The notes under the pieces were generated by a model, which searched no databases, was not told the origin of the DNA, and saw only the letters and a list, made by a program, of their open reading frames with translations. Below are positions 51,146 through 64,000 of a DNA stretch of 64,000 nt, in pieces. A program made the translations under genes and the position numbers. The stretch lies in the NCBI RefSeq assembly GCF_006345805.1, contig NC_043002.1, forward strand, positions 13,702,001 to 13,766,000, in the 5' to 3' direction. This DNA is from Octopus sinensis (taxonomy: Eukaryota). Within the stretch, counting starts at the first letter, position 1. Every line of letters begins with the position of its first letter.

Positions 51146-53423
51146 CACCAAACAAGCAGGAGGAACCAAAAGTAATAAAAATTATCAATCTAACTCACAA
51201 GGAACTAACAGCAAACCAAATTAACATACTTTCCAAGGACTCAAGTTTACACCCACCCCACAACACCCCAACTACAACGAAATGAAAGAAGACATCGCAG
51301 AATTCTGCAGAAAATTAAGACTTACTGAGGAGCTATACGATAAATACAACGAGGACGAATCGTTAGCCAGAAATAGGAGTAACTACACCCCCTCGAAAGG
51401 TAAGAACAAAACACTTGATGATTTCTGTGACCACATATCAAATTACCCATATCAACATATGCACAAACAAAAACACAAACCAAACTTCAGCAAAAAAGAA
51501 TGGGCTGAGTTGAACAAATTAAAACAAGATAAAACAATAACAATCAAAGAGGCCGATAAAGGGAGTGCTGTTGTCTTAATGGATACGACATTTTACATAA
51601 CTTTGGTACTTTCTATGCTGGAAGACACAACATACTATGAAAAGGCACAAAACTACAGTCAACAAAAATAATGAGGGAACTAAAATCCATGTTAAACCCA
51701 TACAAAGAAGGGCTCACCGACAAAGAATATGATTATATGACCAATTTCACAAGTAAAACCAGCCAATTCTACGGTATACCTAAGATCCACAAAAGTGAAA
51801 AAATAAGCAACGCATGCAAGATAGCTACAGACAAAATAATTAAAGTCCCTAATCCTAATGACCTCAAATTGAGACCCATAATAGCAGGTCCCGCATGCGA
51901 AACCCACCGCCTCAGTAACTTTTTAGACACCCTGTTAAAACCACTCCTCAAACATGTCAAAAGCTATATAAGGGACGACTTAGATATGCTCAATCACCTA
52001 CCGAATACTATAAACAAAAACACCATACTGGTATCCTTCGATGTAGTCAACCTCTACTCCAATATCCCCCCAACCTAGACTAGAGGCAATCCAATTCTGG
52101 CTAGAGAATCACGCCAACGAACTACCACACCGCATCAAAAAAGAATTTGTGATAGAAGGGGTTAAATTCATCCTGGAAAATAACTTCTTCGCCTTCAATG
52201 ACAACTTCTACCGACAAAAATCGGGGACTGCGATGGGTACACGAATGGCCCCCTCCTTTGCCAACCTAGTCATAGGATACCTAGAGGTCAGTCTGTATCG
52301 TAAGGTTCTAGAAAGATATGGCAGCCCTTTCTCCATCTACATAGAAAACAACTGGAAGAGATATCTAGATGGCTGTTTCATCCTTTGGCATAAAAATATA
52401 GAAAAACTCATAGAATTCCAGAAAATTTTAAACGGACTGGACGTAAACATCCAATTCACGATGGAATATAGCCAACAACAACTCCCCTTCCTCGATATCC
52501 TCATTAAGAAAGCTAATCATATAATAGAAACAGACATATACTATAAGCCTACAGACTCTAAGCAATATCTTCCATTCAATTCATGCCACCCCAGACACAC
52601 CAGGATGAATATCCCCTTCAATCTAGCAAAAAGGATATGCACTATAGTCTCTAACGCAAACACCAGAGACACACGACTACAAGAACTAAAAGATACCCTT
52701 ATCACCAGGAACTATCCACCTTCACTTATTGACAAGTGCATTCAACGTGCCCTTCAACTTAACATCAAGGAACTGAGACATCCCAAATCAAAGAAAAACC
52801 AAAAGCCTTACCATACATCTCCACAAACAACCCTCTCAATAACGAAGCCTTCGACACCATCCTCCACAACATACCCCTCCTAAAAAAAGACCACAGAATG
52901 AACACAATCCTCCAAACACACACGATCATAAAAAGCAAAAGACAGCCTAGATCCATGAAAAGTCTCCTTACACAAGCCCGAATTCACTCTTCAACACAGA
53001 AGCCGACAGTAAAAAAATGTGGAAGACCCAATTGCGGGATATGCGACTATCTAATTGAGGGATCAGAGTTCTCCTTCAAATAGGGACAACGGTTTACAGT
53101 GAAAAGCAACTTCACATGTGCTTCGGAGAACCTAATATACTCACTAACCTACTCCGGGTGTCAAGAGCAGTACATAGGCCAAACAAAAAATGGTTTGCGT
53201 AAACGAATGGCCCAGCACAGATCCCAGATAAAAATTCCCTAAAACAGAAAAATAGCTTTTAGCCACACATAGATACTTGCGCCAACAAAAAACACCAAAC
53301 TTCAGAATTTTCCCCCTCTACCAATTTAGGGACGATACAACCTCGAGACAACGAATAAGTAAAGAAAATCTCTTTATTACAAAATACAAGCCACTTCTTA
53401 ACGGGTCTACGACAAACAATTAA
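51106..53423 (+). pseudogene. PLE reverse transcriptase-GIY-YIG endonuclease pseudogene
   Basis: Segments 51106-51240, 51282-51671, 51671-52078, 52149-52883 and 52898-53423 are separated by indels or stops; catalytic YxDD reads YLDG. Confidence 0.93.
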
Positions 53424-54038
53424 TATACCTCAACTTTAGAATAAAAGAAATATATACACACACAAATATTACACTCCATAGAATCCATTACTAATCAGCC
53501 CCATCACTTACACCCATTCATATTCTCCCTTCTCTGTTTTTTTCTTCTTCTTCTCCTTCCTCTTCTTCTTCATCATCATCATTATCATCATCATCGTCGT
53601 CATCATCATCACCACCATCATCACCACCATCTTCTCCTTCTCCTTCTTCTTCTTCTTTATCATCATCATCATCAACATCGTCATCTTCTTCTTCTACTTC
53701 TCCACCTTCCACCCCTTAACCTTGTCACTAATGTCTTTCAGTATAACGCCTACGCAAATTCCATAAACAATTCCTGAATTGAACTGCGACTACTGTCAGC
53801 CACTGACCATTCAAAATACGACCATTAAGGCATTCCCAGATTTCCCCACCCCCTCTCCACATCAGCCTCATTATTCTTCACCTATCCTACCAAGAACTGA
53901 AAACGACCTCGAACACACAAGTGCAAACAAGGGAGTCAGAGAAAGGCAGAATGCTACTTATATCTGAACACTACTACAGAAATATTCTTTTAAAAAACTT
54001 TTCTTCTAATTTTTCTAAATTTAATTATTTAATCGTTA

Positions 54039-54076
54039 CAGTTGAAAAGGTCTCAAAATGACCGAAACCGGTACTG
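54039..54076 (+). ncRNA. Minimal hammerhead motif, U3-A8 core (3' pLTR)
   Basis: Same motif as 49753; stem I extendable as AUC-G-UU-A-CAG/CUG-A-AA-GAU. Confidence 0.7.
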
Positions 54077-54125
54077 AAAGATTCACTATAAAATTATCTT
54101 AGCATTTTCTATTTTTGACTTGTTT

Positions 54126-54173
<48 letters not shown>

Positions 54174-54238
54174 CTATGTATGTATATATATATGTACATA
54201 TCTATATATGACGTATTATATATATATATATATATATA

Positions 54239-54279
<41 letters not shown>

Positions 54280-54662
54280 TAATATATACATATATACATA
54301 TGCATATGTATATATATCCATATTATATTAGATATGCAGAGAGACAGAGAGGGAGAGAGTGAGAAAGAAAGAGAAATAGAGAGATTGAGAATATAAGAGA
54401 GATAGAGATATAGAGAGATAGAAAGATATATAATGCTGTGTCGTAGTGTTAAATTTGTAGGTTAAAAGGCTAATTTGCTATGTATGAAATATACCATCTT
54501 CAGTACACATACTGATTGGATTTTTTTTTTGTAATGCGCGAGGGAGAAAAACCATACATCGACCTCTGATAATTAATTCCTTCTTCTAACAAGAGGCCTT
54601 GTTTATTCCAACTCCTGTACGTGTTTCAAAAGTAATAATGTTTCTCTTCATTATATAAGAAG

Positions 54663-55420
54663 CGGTGGGAGCTGGCAGAAACGTTAGCACGCCGGGCGAA
54701 ATGCGTAGCCGTATTTCGTCTGCCGTTACGTTCTGAGTTCAAATTCCGCCGAGGTCGACTTTGCCTTTCATCCTTTGGGAGTCGATTAAATAAGTACCAG
54801 TTACGTACTGGGATCGATATAATCGACTTAATTTGCTTGTCTTTCCTCGTTTGTCCCTTCTGTGTTTAGCCCCTTGTGGGTAGTAAAGAAATAGGTATTT
54901 CGTCTGGCGTGACGTTCTGAGTTCAAATTCCGCCAGGGTCAACTTTGCCTTTCATCCTTTGGGAGTCGATTAAATAAGTACCAGTTACGTACTGGGATCG
55001 ATATAATCGACTTAATCCACTTGTCTTTCCTCGTTTGTCCCTTCTGTGTTTAGCCCCTTGTGGGTAGTAAAGAAATAGGTATTTCGTCTGGCGTGACGTT
55101 CTGAGTTCAAATTCCGCCAGGGTCAACTTTGCCTTTCATCCTTTGGGAGTCGATTAATTAATTACCAGTTACGTACTGGGATCAATATAATCGACTTAAT
55201 CCGCTTGTCTTTCCTCGTTTGTCCCTTCTGTGTTTAGCCCCTTGTGGGTAGTAAAGAAATAGGTATTTCGTCTGCTTTTACGTTCAAATTTTGCCGAGGT
55301 TGACTTTGCATTTCATCCTTTCGGGGGTCGATAATTTAAGTACCAATTGCGTACTGAGGACGATCTAATCGACTGCTCTTCTTTCCAAATATTTCGGGCC
55401 TTATGCCCAGAGTAGAAAAG
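54663..55420 (+). mobile_element. Tandem SINE multimer, 184-bp period
   Basis: One 5'-complete copy, two near-identical 5'-truncated units joined by AAAGAAATAGGTATTTCGTCTG, and a final unit with a different 3' end. Confidence 0.9.
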
Positions 55421-56044
55421 AAAATATTATATAAGAATCATAATTAATGAATCACTGGTTGACTGAACGATACAGTATAGGAAGGGGGATGCACAATGAG
55501 TAAGATTTACAGCACTTTTAATTTTGAGGAAAAAAGGGTGTTTACAAATGTTCCCTTACTTTACGAAACTATATCACCAAAGCAAATGATTTTTTTAAAA
55601 TTCATTAAAAGCACAATAACATAATCTGAACTTTATTACAGAAAATTATCTTCCTTGTCTTTGCACCTATCAAAACAAATTTACCAGGGGCAAAATGAGT
55701 AAGACAGGATAAGGCAAATTTGATTTTTCAGTTCTTCAGAATTACATCTGAAAAATACTGATATAGATCTATATCCATCGTTAGACATTAGAAAGATGAA
55801 AAATGCAACAAGATTAAAAGTATCTTGGTCAAATGAAATAAGATCATGGTAAAATGGCACATGATATAGAATTAATGAAACTGGACAAAATCAAAACGCT
55901 GAACAGAAAATATTCTCTGTAGTTTCTTCCCGATCTTCTGGAATGGCTCTTTTCATGATATATTTACGGTCCATACTGAAGAAATTAGAGAGGAAATCGT
56001 TGAAATAAGTCATCCTAATGTTGCCCCTATTTAGACATCATTTA

Positions 56045-56445
56045 CTCTATTACTTGTTTCAGTCATTTGACTGTGGCCACGCTGGAGCATTGCCTTTAGC
56101 CGAACAAATCGACCCCAGGACTTATTCTTTGTAAGCCTAGTACTTATTCTATCGGTCTCTTTTGCTAAACCGTTAAGTTACGGGGACGTAAACACACCAG
56201 CATCGGTTGTCAAGCGAGGTTGGAGGGGGGGGGGCAAAGACAGGCACACAAACATATACACATATGCATATATATACATATATACAAAGGCTTCTTTCAG
56301 TTTCCGTCTACCAAACCCACTCACAAGGCTTTGGTCGACCCGAGGCTATAGTAGAAGACACTTGCACAAGTTGCCATGAAGTTGGAATGAACCCGGAACC
56401 ATGTGGTTCGTAAGCAAGCTAGTTACCACACAGCCAATCCTACGC
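56045..56445 (-). mobile_element. Microsatellite-containing SINE
   Basis: Same family as 25315-25712. Confidence 0.85.
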
Positions 56446-57959
56446 CAAGAAAATTAGAAAATTGAAAATTATGAAAATAGACATTAGCGTAGGAAAACAA
56501 TTCACTTGGAATGTAACAGAGTAAAGAATATTGATCGTCAACATCAAAAATTATACAGATATTTTATTAGCAGCCTCAATTACAATTTCTTCGAAGTTAA
56601 GGAAATTTTCCTTGAAAAAATAAAGTACCTGTTACCTGACGATGTTTGAAACTCTCTCAATTTTAACATCAACTATATTGACCAACTTTTACTCACACGG
56701 ATCCTGATGCAGTACAAAACGAAAATGCAAAACTTGCAATTTAATACTTTCAAACTGGTAGGGAGAAAATAACGAGAATTCAGAGATAACTCGTCTTACT
56801 CCAGTTACCAATTTTGTCTCACACACTAATATATAAAATTCTACTTTGGTATTTCTTCTCGATTACAAATCTATTTAATTCGTTACTATGCATTCAGTTA
56901 AGTTGCTTCATAAAGAGAACTGGAAATGGTTCATTTATTTATCGTGTATCTACGTGAAATTGACTTCACAGTACTTCCGCTTTTAGAATGGATTCGACCA
57001 CATTACTGTAAATCAACGAACGAAATAGTTTCTTTAGTTTTTCAGTGCTACTGACAGATGTAACATATATTTCCTATTTATATAGTTACTTGCTTTGAAC
57101 GAGGAGAATTTTAAATATGGTAGTTAGTGATAAAACGTAATTTTCTTTCCTCTCTGTATTTATCCGATACCCCTACTGATTTGGGCCACAATTTAAGTAT
57201 CGATAGAATAAGTAACAGTCATACATAGTGGTCGACTCTATTGTATATAATTACTTTTCCTCTTTCCATTAAATTGGTTTTGTACCCTGTCAAGAGAAAT
57301 CAATAGCAAGAAGTAAGAATGTGATGGCGATATTGAAAATGATGATGACGATGATGATGTTTAAAATGCAAAAGAAGGAAATACAAGATATTTCTCTCTA
57401 TATATTTAACCATGAGTATATGGAAGCTTGTAGTCTGTCTTCAATTGTTGGCATGCCACTTATTTGTCTACGAATTTGTTTTTAATACTTTGTGAATGGC
57501 AATTAACCAACGGGAAACACACAGGAATTGGAAAAAAAAAAGAACAGCAGCTAACAATAAAATGCAAAAAAGAAAAATGTAAATAAATGTGTTCATTCAT
57601 CTAGTCTGGGTGTTAGACTAATGTCTAGAATGTCAGACTACAGAGAATCAATTTAAAAACATTGCTTAACAAGCAAGTATTTGAACGCAACACTGACATA
57701 CAAATATTTAAAATAAAATAACAAAAATAGCCTGAGATGAGAAACCAATGGTTTGCTATAAACGCAAAAACAATAATGTGAAATGTAATAAAACGGCATC
57801 AAGAATTTGGCAACCCTCCTCCGAACATGTGGTGCCGTTGGAGAAACCCAACGATTACAGATAGAACCATGTCAAAAGATTTAATATGAAAATATCAGAT
57901 TACTGGGTATACATTGCAGATTTGGGCTAAAATAATATCCTCTTCATTTATAATGTAAA

Positions 57960-58222
57960 AATCTTCAACCCTCTCTCGGTGGACGTCGACTCTGAGTGTT
58001 CAAGTGGTTGAAATGGTGCAGCCTTTTATTATTATTAAGAGAGAGTGAGAGAAAGTTGGGGTCAAAGAGTACAAAAGGGGTCACCATCACCCCTACTAGA
58101 GCCTCGTGTAGCTTTCAGGAGTTTTCGCTCAATAAACACACACACAACGCCCGGTCTGGGAATCGAAACCACGATCCTCCGACCGCGTGTCCACTGCCCT
58201 AACCACTGGGCCATTACGCCTC
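57960..58222 (-). mobile_element. tRNA-derived SINE
   Basis: Same family as 18480 and 60370. Confidence 0.75.
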
Positions 58223-60369
58223 TTTCATGGCAATTTCACTAAAATTCTTCCGATATACTCTCATATACATGCTCTGTGAATGAAAGTGGGTAACCGTAGA
58301 CATAGCTGTGAGGTTAAGAGGCTCGTTACGCAACCACGCCGTTTTGGATAAAACTGATAGTGCAGCACTTCGGACATGTGTTTTCTATTATAGTTCTCTG
58401 TCGACCAAAGCCTTGTGAATGGATTTGGTAGAGAGAAATTATGTGGAAGTTTGCCGCGTGTGTGTATGTGTGCGTGTATGTTTATAAATATAACTATGTG
58501 TATATATGTGCGTTTGTGGGGGAATGTGTGTTTATGTGTTTGAATCTGTACATGTAAACATCTCCACATCGTGACAGCCGGTGTTGGTTTGTTTCATTTC
58601 TTATAAGTTAGTGATTTGGTAAAAGGGTACGAGGTCGATTTGTTTCACTTACTTGAGCACCAGTCTAAGTACCAGGACAAGTAAAAGAAAATATGATGGT
58701 TGAAAGCATACCTAATGAACTACAACAGATATAATCGAGGTAATCCCTTTGTCTGTCCTTGTGTGTCCCCTCTGTGTCTAGCCCCTTGTGGGCAGTAAAG
58801 AAATATGAAAGAGAACCGAACCTGGGACTTCGTGATTTCTAAATGTATCTGCCAACCAAAATGCTATAGAGATATTAAATAAAACGGTAGCAGTGAACAT
58901 TTTTAGCACGTTGTTCTGCTTAGAATACAAGTAGCTATGGTTGCATCTCAACGGCTGGACTTCTTGTTTTCGTAAAACGAAATGTTGAAAGGTTCCCAGC
59001 AGGTATTGTTGAAGCATATGGCAACAACCCAGCAGAAGTAGTCTCCAGTTATATTAAACAGCAGATCGTACATGTACACATTTAGGTTTCAGCCACTTCT
59101 TTTATACAAAAAATCAGTGATTAAATAATGCTACGTGTACCAAATTGTGGTTGCTTTACGCATATCTTAATCACGAGACACATTTAAGAAATTCGGAACG
59201 AAAACAAAACTGGGTACATTTAGCGAAAAACTCATGTTTAAATTGATGGATTCAGCCTGCTAATGAATTGAATATGATATTAATTTCTTGTCAATAACAT
59301 ACTCGTTATATTTTATGTAGTATTTATTTTTCCTCCTTATATAAAATCATTCATTCTGAGAAAGCAAAACAATTTCATAGGCTTCGTAACTTGATAAATA
59401 TTATTTCCCTCTTTCCACGTGTTCATGCTCTCCAAAATAATAAAAACAATCTTTACAAAAATATTTTTATATAAAAAAAAAATGAACATTAATCAAAATA
59501 TATTGTCTGCTTCCATCGTTAAAGATCATTATCCTCATTGTAATTACTATGGACCGACGAGTAATAAATTGCAAAACTTTTGTCTGTGTACAGTAGGAAA
59601 GAAAATCGATATCTCGTCAATAATAACGGTAATTCTATTGACGAAATATAGTCGTACTAAATTGCACCAAAATTTCCTTAAAATTACCCCCTACCGCATA
59701 AAAATTGATGAATATACGAGATAATTAATCATGAATATATGTCATCCCAAACAACATTCAACGACACATACCTAATCAAGCTAGCTCTAGCAACTCTTCC
59801 TCTGATGTTATCTTCTGTTCCAAACACTTAACTATCATAGCATATTGGAAAACATTCGCCCAGTGTTCTTCCGACCACCTAGAGATTATCCTAACAGTGC
59901 ACGCCACGTTAATGTCGAAAGAAAACATTTTATAAACTTCAGAAATACCTAATGGTTTGACTTTTAGTAGGAAACAAACATGTTCAGAATTCAATGGCTT
60001 TTCTATTTCTGGCATATACACTACGGTAGAGCTCCGCGCTCTCTGTTTTCGGATTGAAATTACTTGACATTCCCGCAAACACATAGAAATATACTCTTAA
60101 TTAGATAGCAACATAGTGACACCATAAAAGGAAAGTCTAGTAAACATGCTTTCAACGCCAGATATGAAATGAAAGATGAGGAAAACTTATCAAATGGCTT
60201 TGTGTTCGCATGGAGCGAAGGAAGATATTTTAATCAAATTTTGCGTTGTATTAGTGCTAACAAAGAGATATGAAAATGAAATGCAAAATTTAATGTGATT
60301 TGCCATTTATGTAATGAGGAATAGTCCAAAACGAGTCATTTTTGGAGTTGATGTAATTTGAATTTTTAT

Positions 60370-60684
60370 TTATTTATGCGCCCTTTTCAAGCCTAGCCAG
60401 GCTCATGTGCCCGGTTTCCCGGTTTCTATGGCGTATGTGCCCCTCCCCACCCAGCTAGACAGGACGCCAGTCCATCGTCGCGTTACTCAAGAAACAGGAA
60501 GAAAGAGTGAGAGAAAGTTGGGTGAAAGAGTACAACATGGGTCGCCACCACCCCTGCCGGAGCCTCGTGGAGCTTTAGGTGTTTTCGCATCAATAAACAC
60601 ACACAACGCCCTGTCTGGGAATCGAAACCGCGATCCTTCGACCGCGAGTCCGCTGCCCTAACCACTGGGCCACTGCGCCTCCAC
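60370..60684 (-). mobile_element. tRNA-derived SINE
   Basis: Reverse complement TGGAGGCGCAGTGGCCCAGTGGTTAGGGCAGCGGACTCGCGGTCGAAGGATCGCGGTTTCGATTCCC has A and B boxes. Confidence 0.85.
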
Positions 60685-61869
60685 AATTGGAAATATACAG
60701 CCAAGAAATCAAAGTGGTTTGATTGGTTTTCAACGGGAAATAACACAAGTATTATGTATATGCAGTTGCACTTTAATCATATTTCATCAATTTCTCAGAA
60801 ATCTGACTGCAAATAGCTCCTACTAAATCTGTTTACTTGACTCCCTTCTCACAAAGTCGTTATATTCAATAGCATAAACATAGCTCACGTAGTCATAAGA
60901 AAATTACCCTAGCTTATAATTCTATCTTCACTTATCACTGATTCATTCACCACTGATTGACAAAACACGGTACGCTCATTTGTGACCCATGTTACGCTCA
61001 CTACAATTTTTTCTCTGGCAACAAAATTCAGTGATTAGTCAAAGATATCGTATAGACTAAAGGAAATTCCATCATCCATCCACAATACGGAGGACAATTT
61101 GGGATCTCGCATCGAAACCGGTTTTCTCCATATGCTCTATTATTCGTTTATCAAGGATTTATTTAATACGGTTTTCTCTTGGAACTAATCACTCGTGATA
61201 AACAAGGCTATATTTATACAAATCTCTCTTATGCCCAACACACGTAGGATACACAGCTCACAGCAAAAAATGCTTAGGCGATGCACACAAATAGTTTGAG
61301 TAATCACAGAAGCAAAATTTTGATTATCAAAGCAATGTGGGAAAACTATATATTAGAGGAATCAAAGACGACACCAATTATGTTCCGAAACTCTCTCAAC
61401 AAGCTAGAATTATTAGAATGTATAATGAAATAAGATACTATGAATGCGTAGGCGTTATTTTCTATATACTAGATATGTTTCCTATCACTTGTTGAAGCAA
61501 GCGTATTTTTTTCGGTTGAAGAAACAAATGGTAGAAAATATCATTTTCATTCAGCATTCGCAGGCGTTCACTATATTGATTTTTTTTATAGAGCAAAAAG
61601 GGTTTGTCAAGGTTACTTGTTTTATCATGTTCAAAAGAAGTGGAGTTCTGGTCGATCACGCCCTTTTTACAATTTTTTCCTGAATTGATCTTAGGAACTC
61701 AAACATCGATCATATCGATGTGGTTAATGTTCTTGTTGAACGGTTGCAGGCGCCAGCTGCATGAACAACATAGGGAGTTCTAGTGGAACAATGTTGCAGA
61801 GACAAAGGACTAGGTGAAGTAATGTATGAGTAAATAAAATACGGGTGATGAGAGGCAAAAGGACGAGTG

Positions 61870-62291
61870 GGATCTTTTCAATTTGAATGGCAGTTTTTAA
61901 CATAATTTCTAGGTAACTAAAAAATTTAAAACTTCGTATACTGATAAAATGTGTTTATAAAACATCTTTTTCTCTTGGCTTTATTGAGAAAATTTGATAT
62001 TTTGTAAGATATTTGTTGTTTTTTTTTCTTCAATTTTTGCAATTTCAACCAATCACTGACGTCTGTTGAGGTAAAAGTATTCTGTGTCGTATGAATATGT
62101 CCCTCGTTTAAGAGACAGATTGGGTTTATTTAGATTTGTGAAGAAATAAAGATACCCTTTCCCCACCCCTAACCCTAACCCTAACCCTAAAACATATTGG
62201 AATGCAATAGATCGATACTAGGGTCATAATTATGGGTGACAGTTTCATATGACACCGCTAGAAAAAACTGCCGTTCAAACCGAAAAGATCC
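61870..62291. mobile_element. 422-bp MITE with GG-terminal TIRs and 8-bp TSD (Merlin- or MuDR-like)
   Basis: TIRs GGATCTTTTCAATTTGAATGGCAGTTTT and AAAACTGCCGTTCAAACCGAAAAGATCC; perfect TSD GACGAGTG at 61862-61869 and 62292-62299. Confidence 0.88.
62167..62190. repeat. (CCCTAA)4 interstitial telomere-like repeat inside the MITE
   Basis: Direct inspection. Confidence 0.9.
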
Positions 62292-63971
62292 GACGAGTGT
62301 TTTGGGAATGCCTGAATAATAGTGACACTAACTAGTAGGCTTGTGAAAAAATGCGAGGAAGAATTTAGGAAACTACCTATATTTTGATATAAGGATGAAG
62401 TTCTGGATATCTGTTGCAAAATTACATTCTCTAGCATAATTTTAAGTATATAGAACGAGGGCAGAACAAATACATTTTCAAAAGAAGTAGTTATACTCTT
62501 TTATTTTACGGCTGCGAAATATGGATTTTATATTTAATACTCATTTTAGAGACAGCTTATTTAGCAAAAATGTCATTGTCACAATTTCCATCTTTCTTGG
62601 ATAGCTTGTGAGTAATGTTAAAAGCCTTGGATTTAGCAAATGCTCTATGAGTAAAAAGTCTTTTGCGACATAGCAGACAACGGTTGGCGGGTTGTGTTAA
62701 TTATTCTATGAAAAACAATGTTGTGGCCAATGGCATCCTTACAAATCTAATATTTTGATACAATGCTGGACAATTCCAAGCCCTTTCACCATCCATACGT
62801 TTGTGGCAGCCCGAGAGAATATAAAAGCCGGAAGTGTCATTAGTTAAAGTGGAAGGTAAATGACTAACTCAAAAGCAGTCTAACAAATAGCTCCCAAATA
62901 GTCGTTCCACTGAAAGTGGTAGCAAATTCTGAAACGCTGGTTTTTATAACTGTACCCAGCAAACTAACTACAGAGGAGGAGATTATGAAGGAACAAACCA
63001 GAAGTGCAATGTATATATCAAATACTCAATTTTAATAAAACTTCATGATTATCCAGAGAAACAAGTCACACAGGACGAAATATCAAAGCAGGTGAAAAAC
63101 TAATCATGATTACTAACATGAAGTTATGTATTTTCAATAAGTATGATACATATGTGACCATTTTAATGAAATTCTGAGTCTGTTGCGCATCATGTATTTG
63201 ACGAAATAATACTGATTCTATACATACATACATCAACAAGTATTCGAAAGATTAGAATTACGACTATAAATGTGTTGGAAAAAGAAGGCAATTGTATTTA
63301 AGCATAAGTTCTTGAATTAGGAATAACTACGATGTTGGGTTTTCTGCAGAGACATATGTATAAGGTGTAAGAAAAGGATACATGTTCATTCCAGTTGGAG
63401 AGATACCTTACTGAAAGTGTATAAAGACAGACGTAGAAAAACAGGTTTTTCATTCATTAGTATTACAGTTAAAACATTGGAGCAAAATTAATCTAGAGTG
63501 GTTCATTCAATATGTTGGATAATATATTTTCGAAGAGTAGACTACAAGAGAAATAAAATGACAGAGATTTCACCATCCTTAATGCTTCGGTAGCTATATA
63601 ATTCATAAATGATTTTATACGTCTCTGCAGTGTTTTCACACCACACATTTTAAACAAGAAAAGCATTACGTAATGGATATTCAACTTTTGGTTATCCATG
63701 TTTCACCTTGATTAGGGCTAACAAGAGTAAAACGTTTACGAATTTTTGGTGTGAGATGTAAACAGGACATTACCGTGCTGCAGGAGATACCAACATATCA
63801 GCTGTGCAAAAATTACAATTCTTATATGACATGTTTCAAGACAAAACTGCCGAATTCGCGAAGGGCTTTTCGGATGACGCAATACACGGTTTGACTTTGT
63901 TTCTTCAGCCACGTTAATGACCAATGATATGCGTATGTTGCAATAAGAGAATACATTTGTTCTGTATTCTA

Positions 63972-64000
63972 TTGGGTTGTCGGGAAAGTTCTTGCCGATT
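63972..64000. mobile_element. Start of a mariner-type TIR cut by the window edge
   Basis: TA followed by TTGGGTTGTCGGGAAAGTTCTTGCCGATT, resembling the TA-TT.GGT.. termini at 12777 and 14547. Confidence 0.5.

Larger units (their letters stand above)
49681..54135 (+). mobile_element. Near full-length, inactivated Penelope-like retroelement (Neptune-type)
   Basis: Direct terminal repeat (about 49712-49850 and 53999-54135); NLT..L..LSKGLKFTPTP, KEADKGSAVV, FYGIPKIHK, LRPII, SFDVVNLYSNIP, GTAMGTRMAP, WKRYLDG; Cys linker CGRPNCGIC..TC; GIY-YIG NLIYSLT..YIGQT..RMAQH. Confidence 0.95.

Noticed and set aside
55850-55940. HDIELMKLDK..LN..FLP, resembling the trypsin catalytic Asp region
   Set aside because: Flanked by in-frame stops, with no AAHC or GDSGG motif and no credible splice sites; likely chance
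59776-60084. 102-aa minus-strand ORF followed by a GTATGT donor-like site
   Set aside because: No recognisable homology or clear acceptor; cannot be distinguished from a random ORF without RNA data
62630-62700. KVFCDIADNGWRVV, resembling the fibrinogen-domain VYCDM..GGWTV motif
   Set aside because: Very short, with stops on both sides and no further domain motifs

Overview
Repeat-saturated, AT-rich animal genomic DNA. The SINE families, microsatellite load and (CCCTAA)n suggest an octopod cephalopod; this is inferred from recalled repeat families, not from a database search. No host protein-coding exon could be supported. The window holds many tRNA-derived SINEs (some in tandem arrays), several R4/Dong-clade non-LTR retrotransposon remnants (three families, five segments, mostly abutting (AAT)n or (ATT)n), two CR1-like 3' fragments, a full-length decayed mariner interrupted by a CR1-like insert, several MITEs and long simple-sequence tracts. 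Two structures stand out. (1) At 30.4-47.8 kb, a ~2.1-2.5 kb block occurs four times (one copy inverted, one partial). It is interleaved with arrays of a 37-bp self-complementary satellite (GAAAATTTTCGGTGATAATTTTCGAAAAATTTTTGTT), and two large palindromes are centred on satellite bracketed by a TA-flanked CAC...GTG inverted terminal module. Most junctions show microhomology or a templated insertion. (2) At 47.8-54.5 kb, a near full-length but inactivated Neptune-type Penelope-like element (RT plus GIY-YIG) has one direct and one ~1.85 kb inverted terminal repeat, each with a minimal hammerhead ribozyme motif with a U3-A8 variant core. It may also have an ORF1/ORF2 junction at a U_UUU_UUA slippery site. 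Two further hammerhead motif families lie at 24.1/24.7 kb and 46.4 kb. Scattered 1-bp homopolymer indels suggest a long-read consensus, so frameshifts and near-identical duplications need read-level confirmation.
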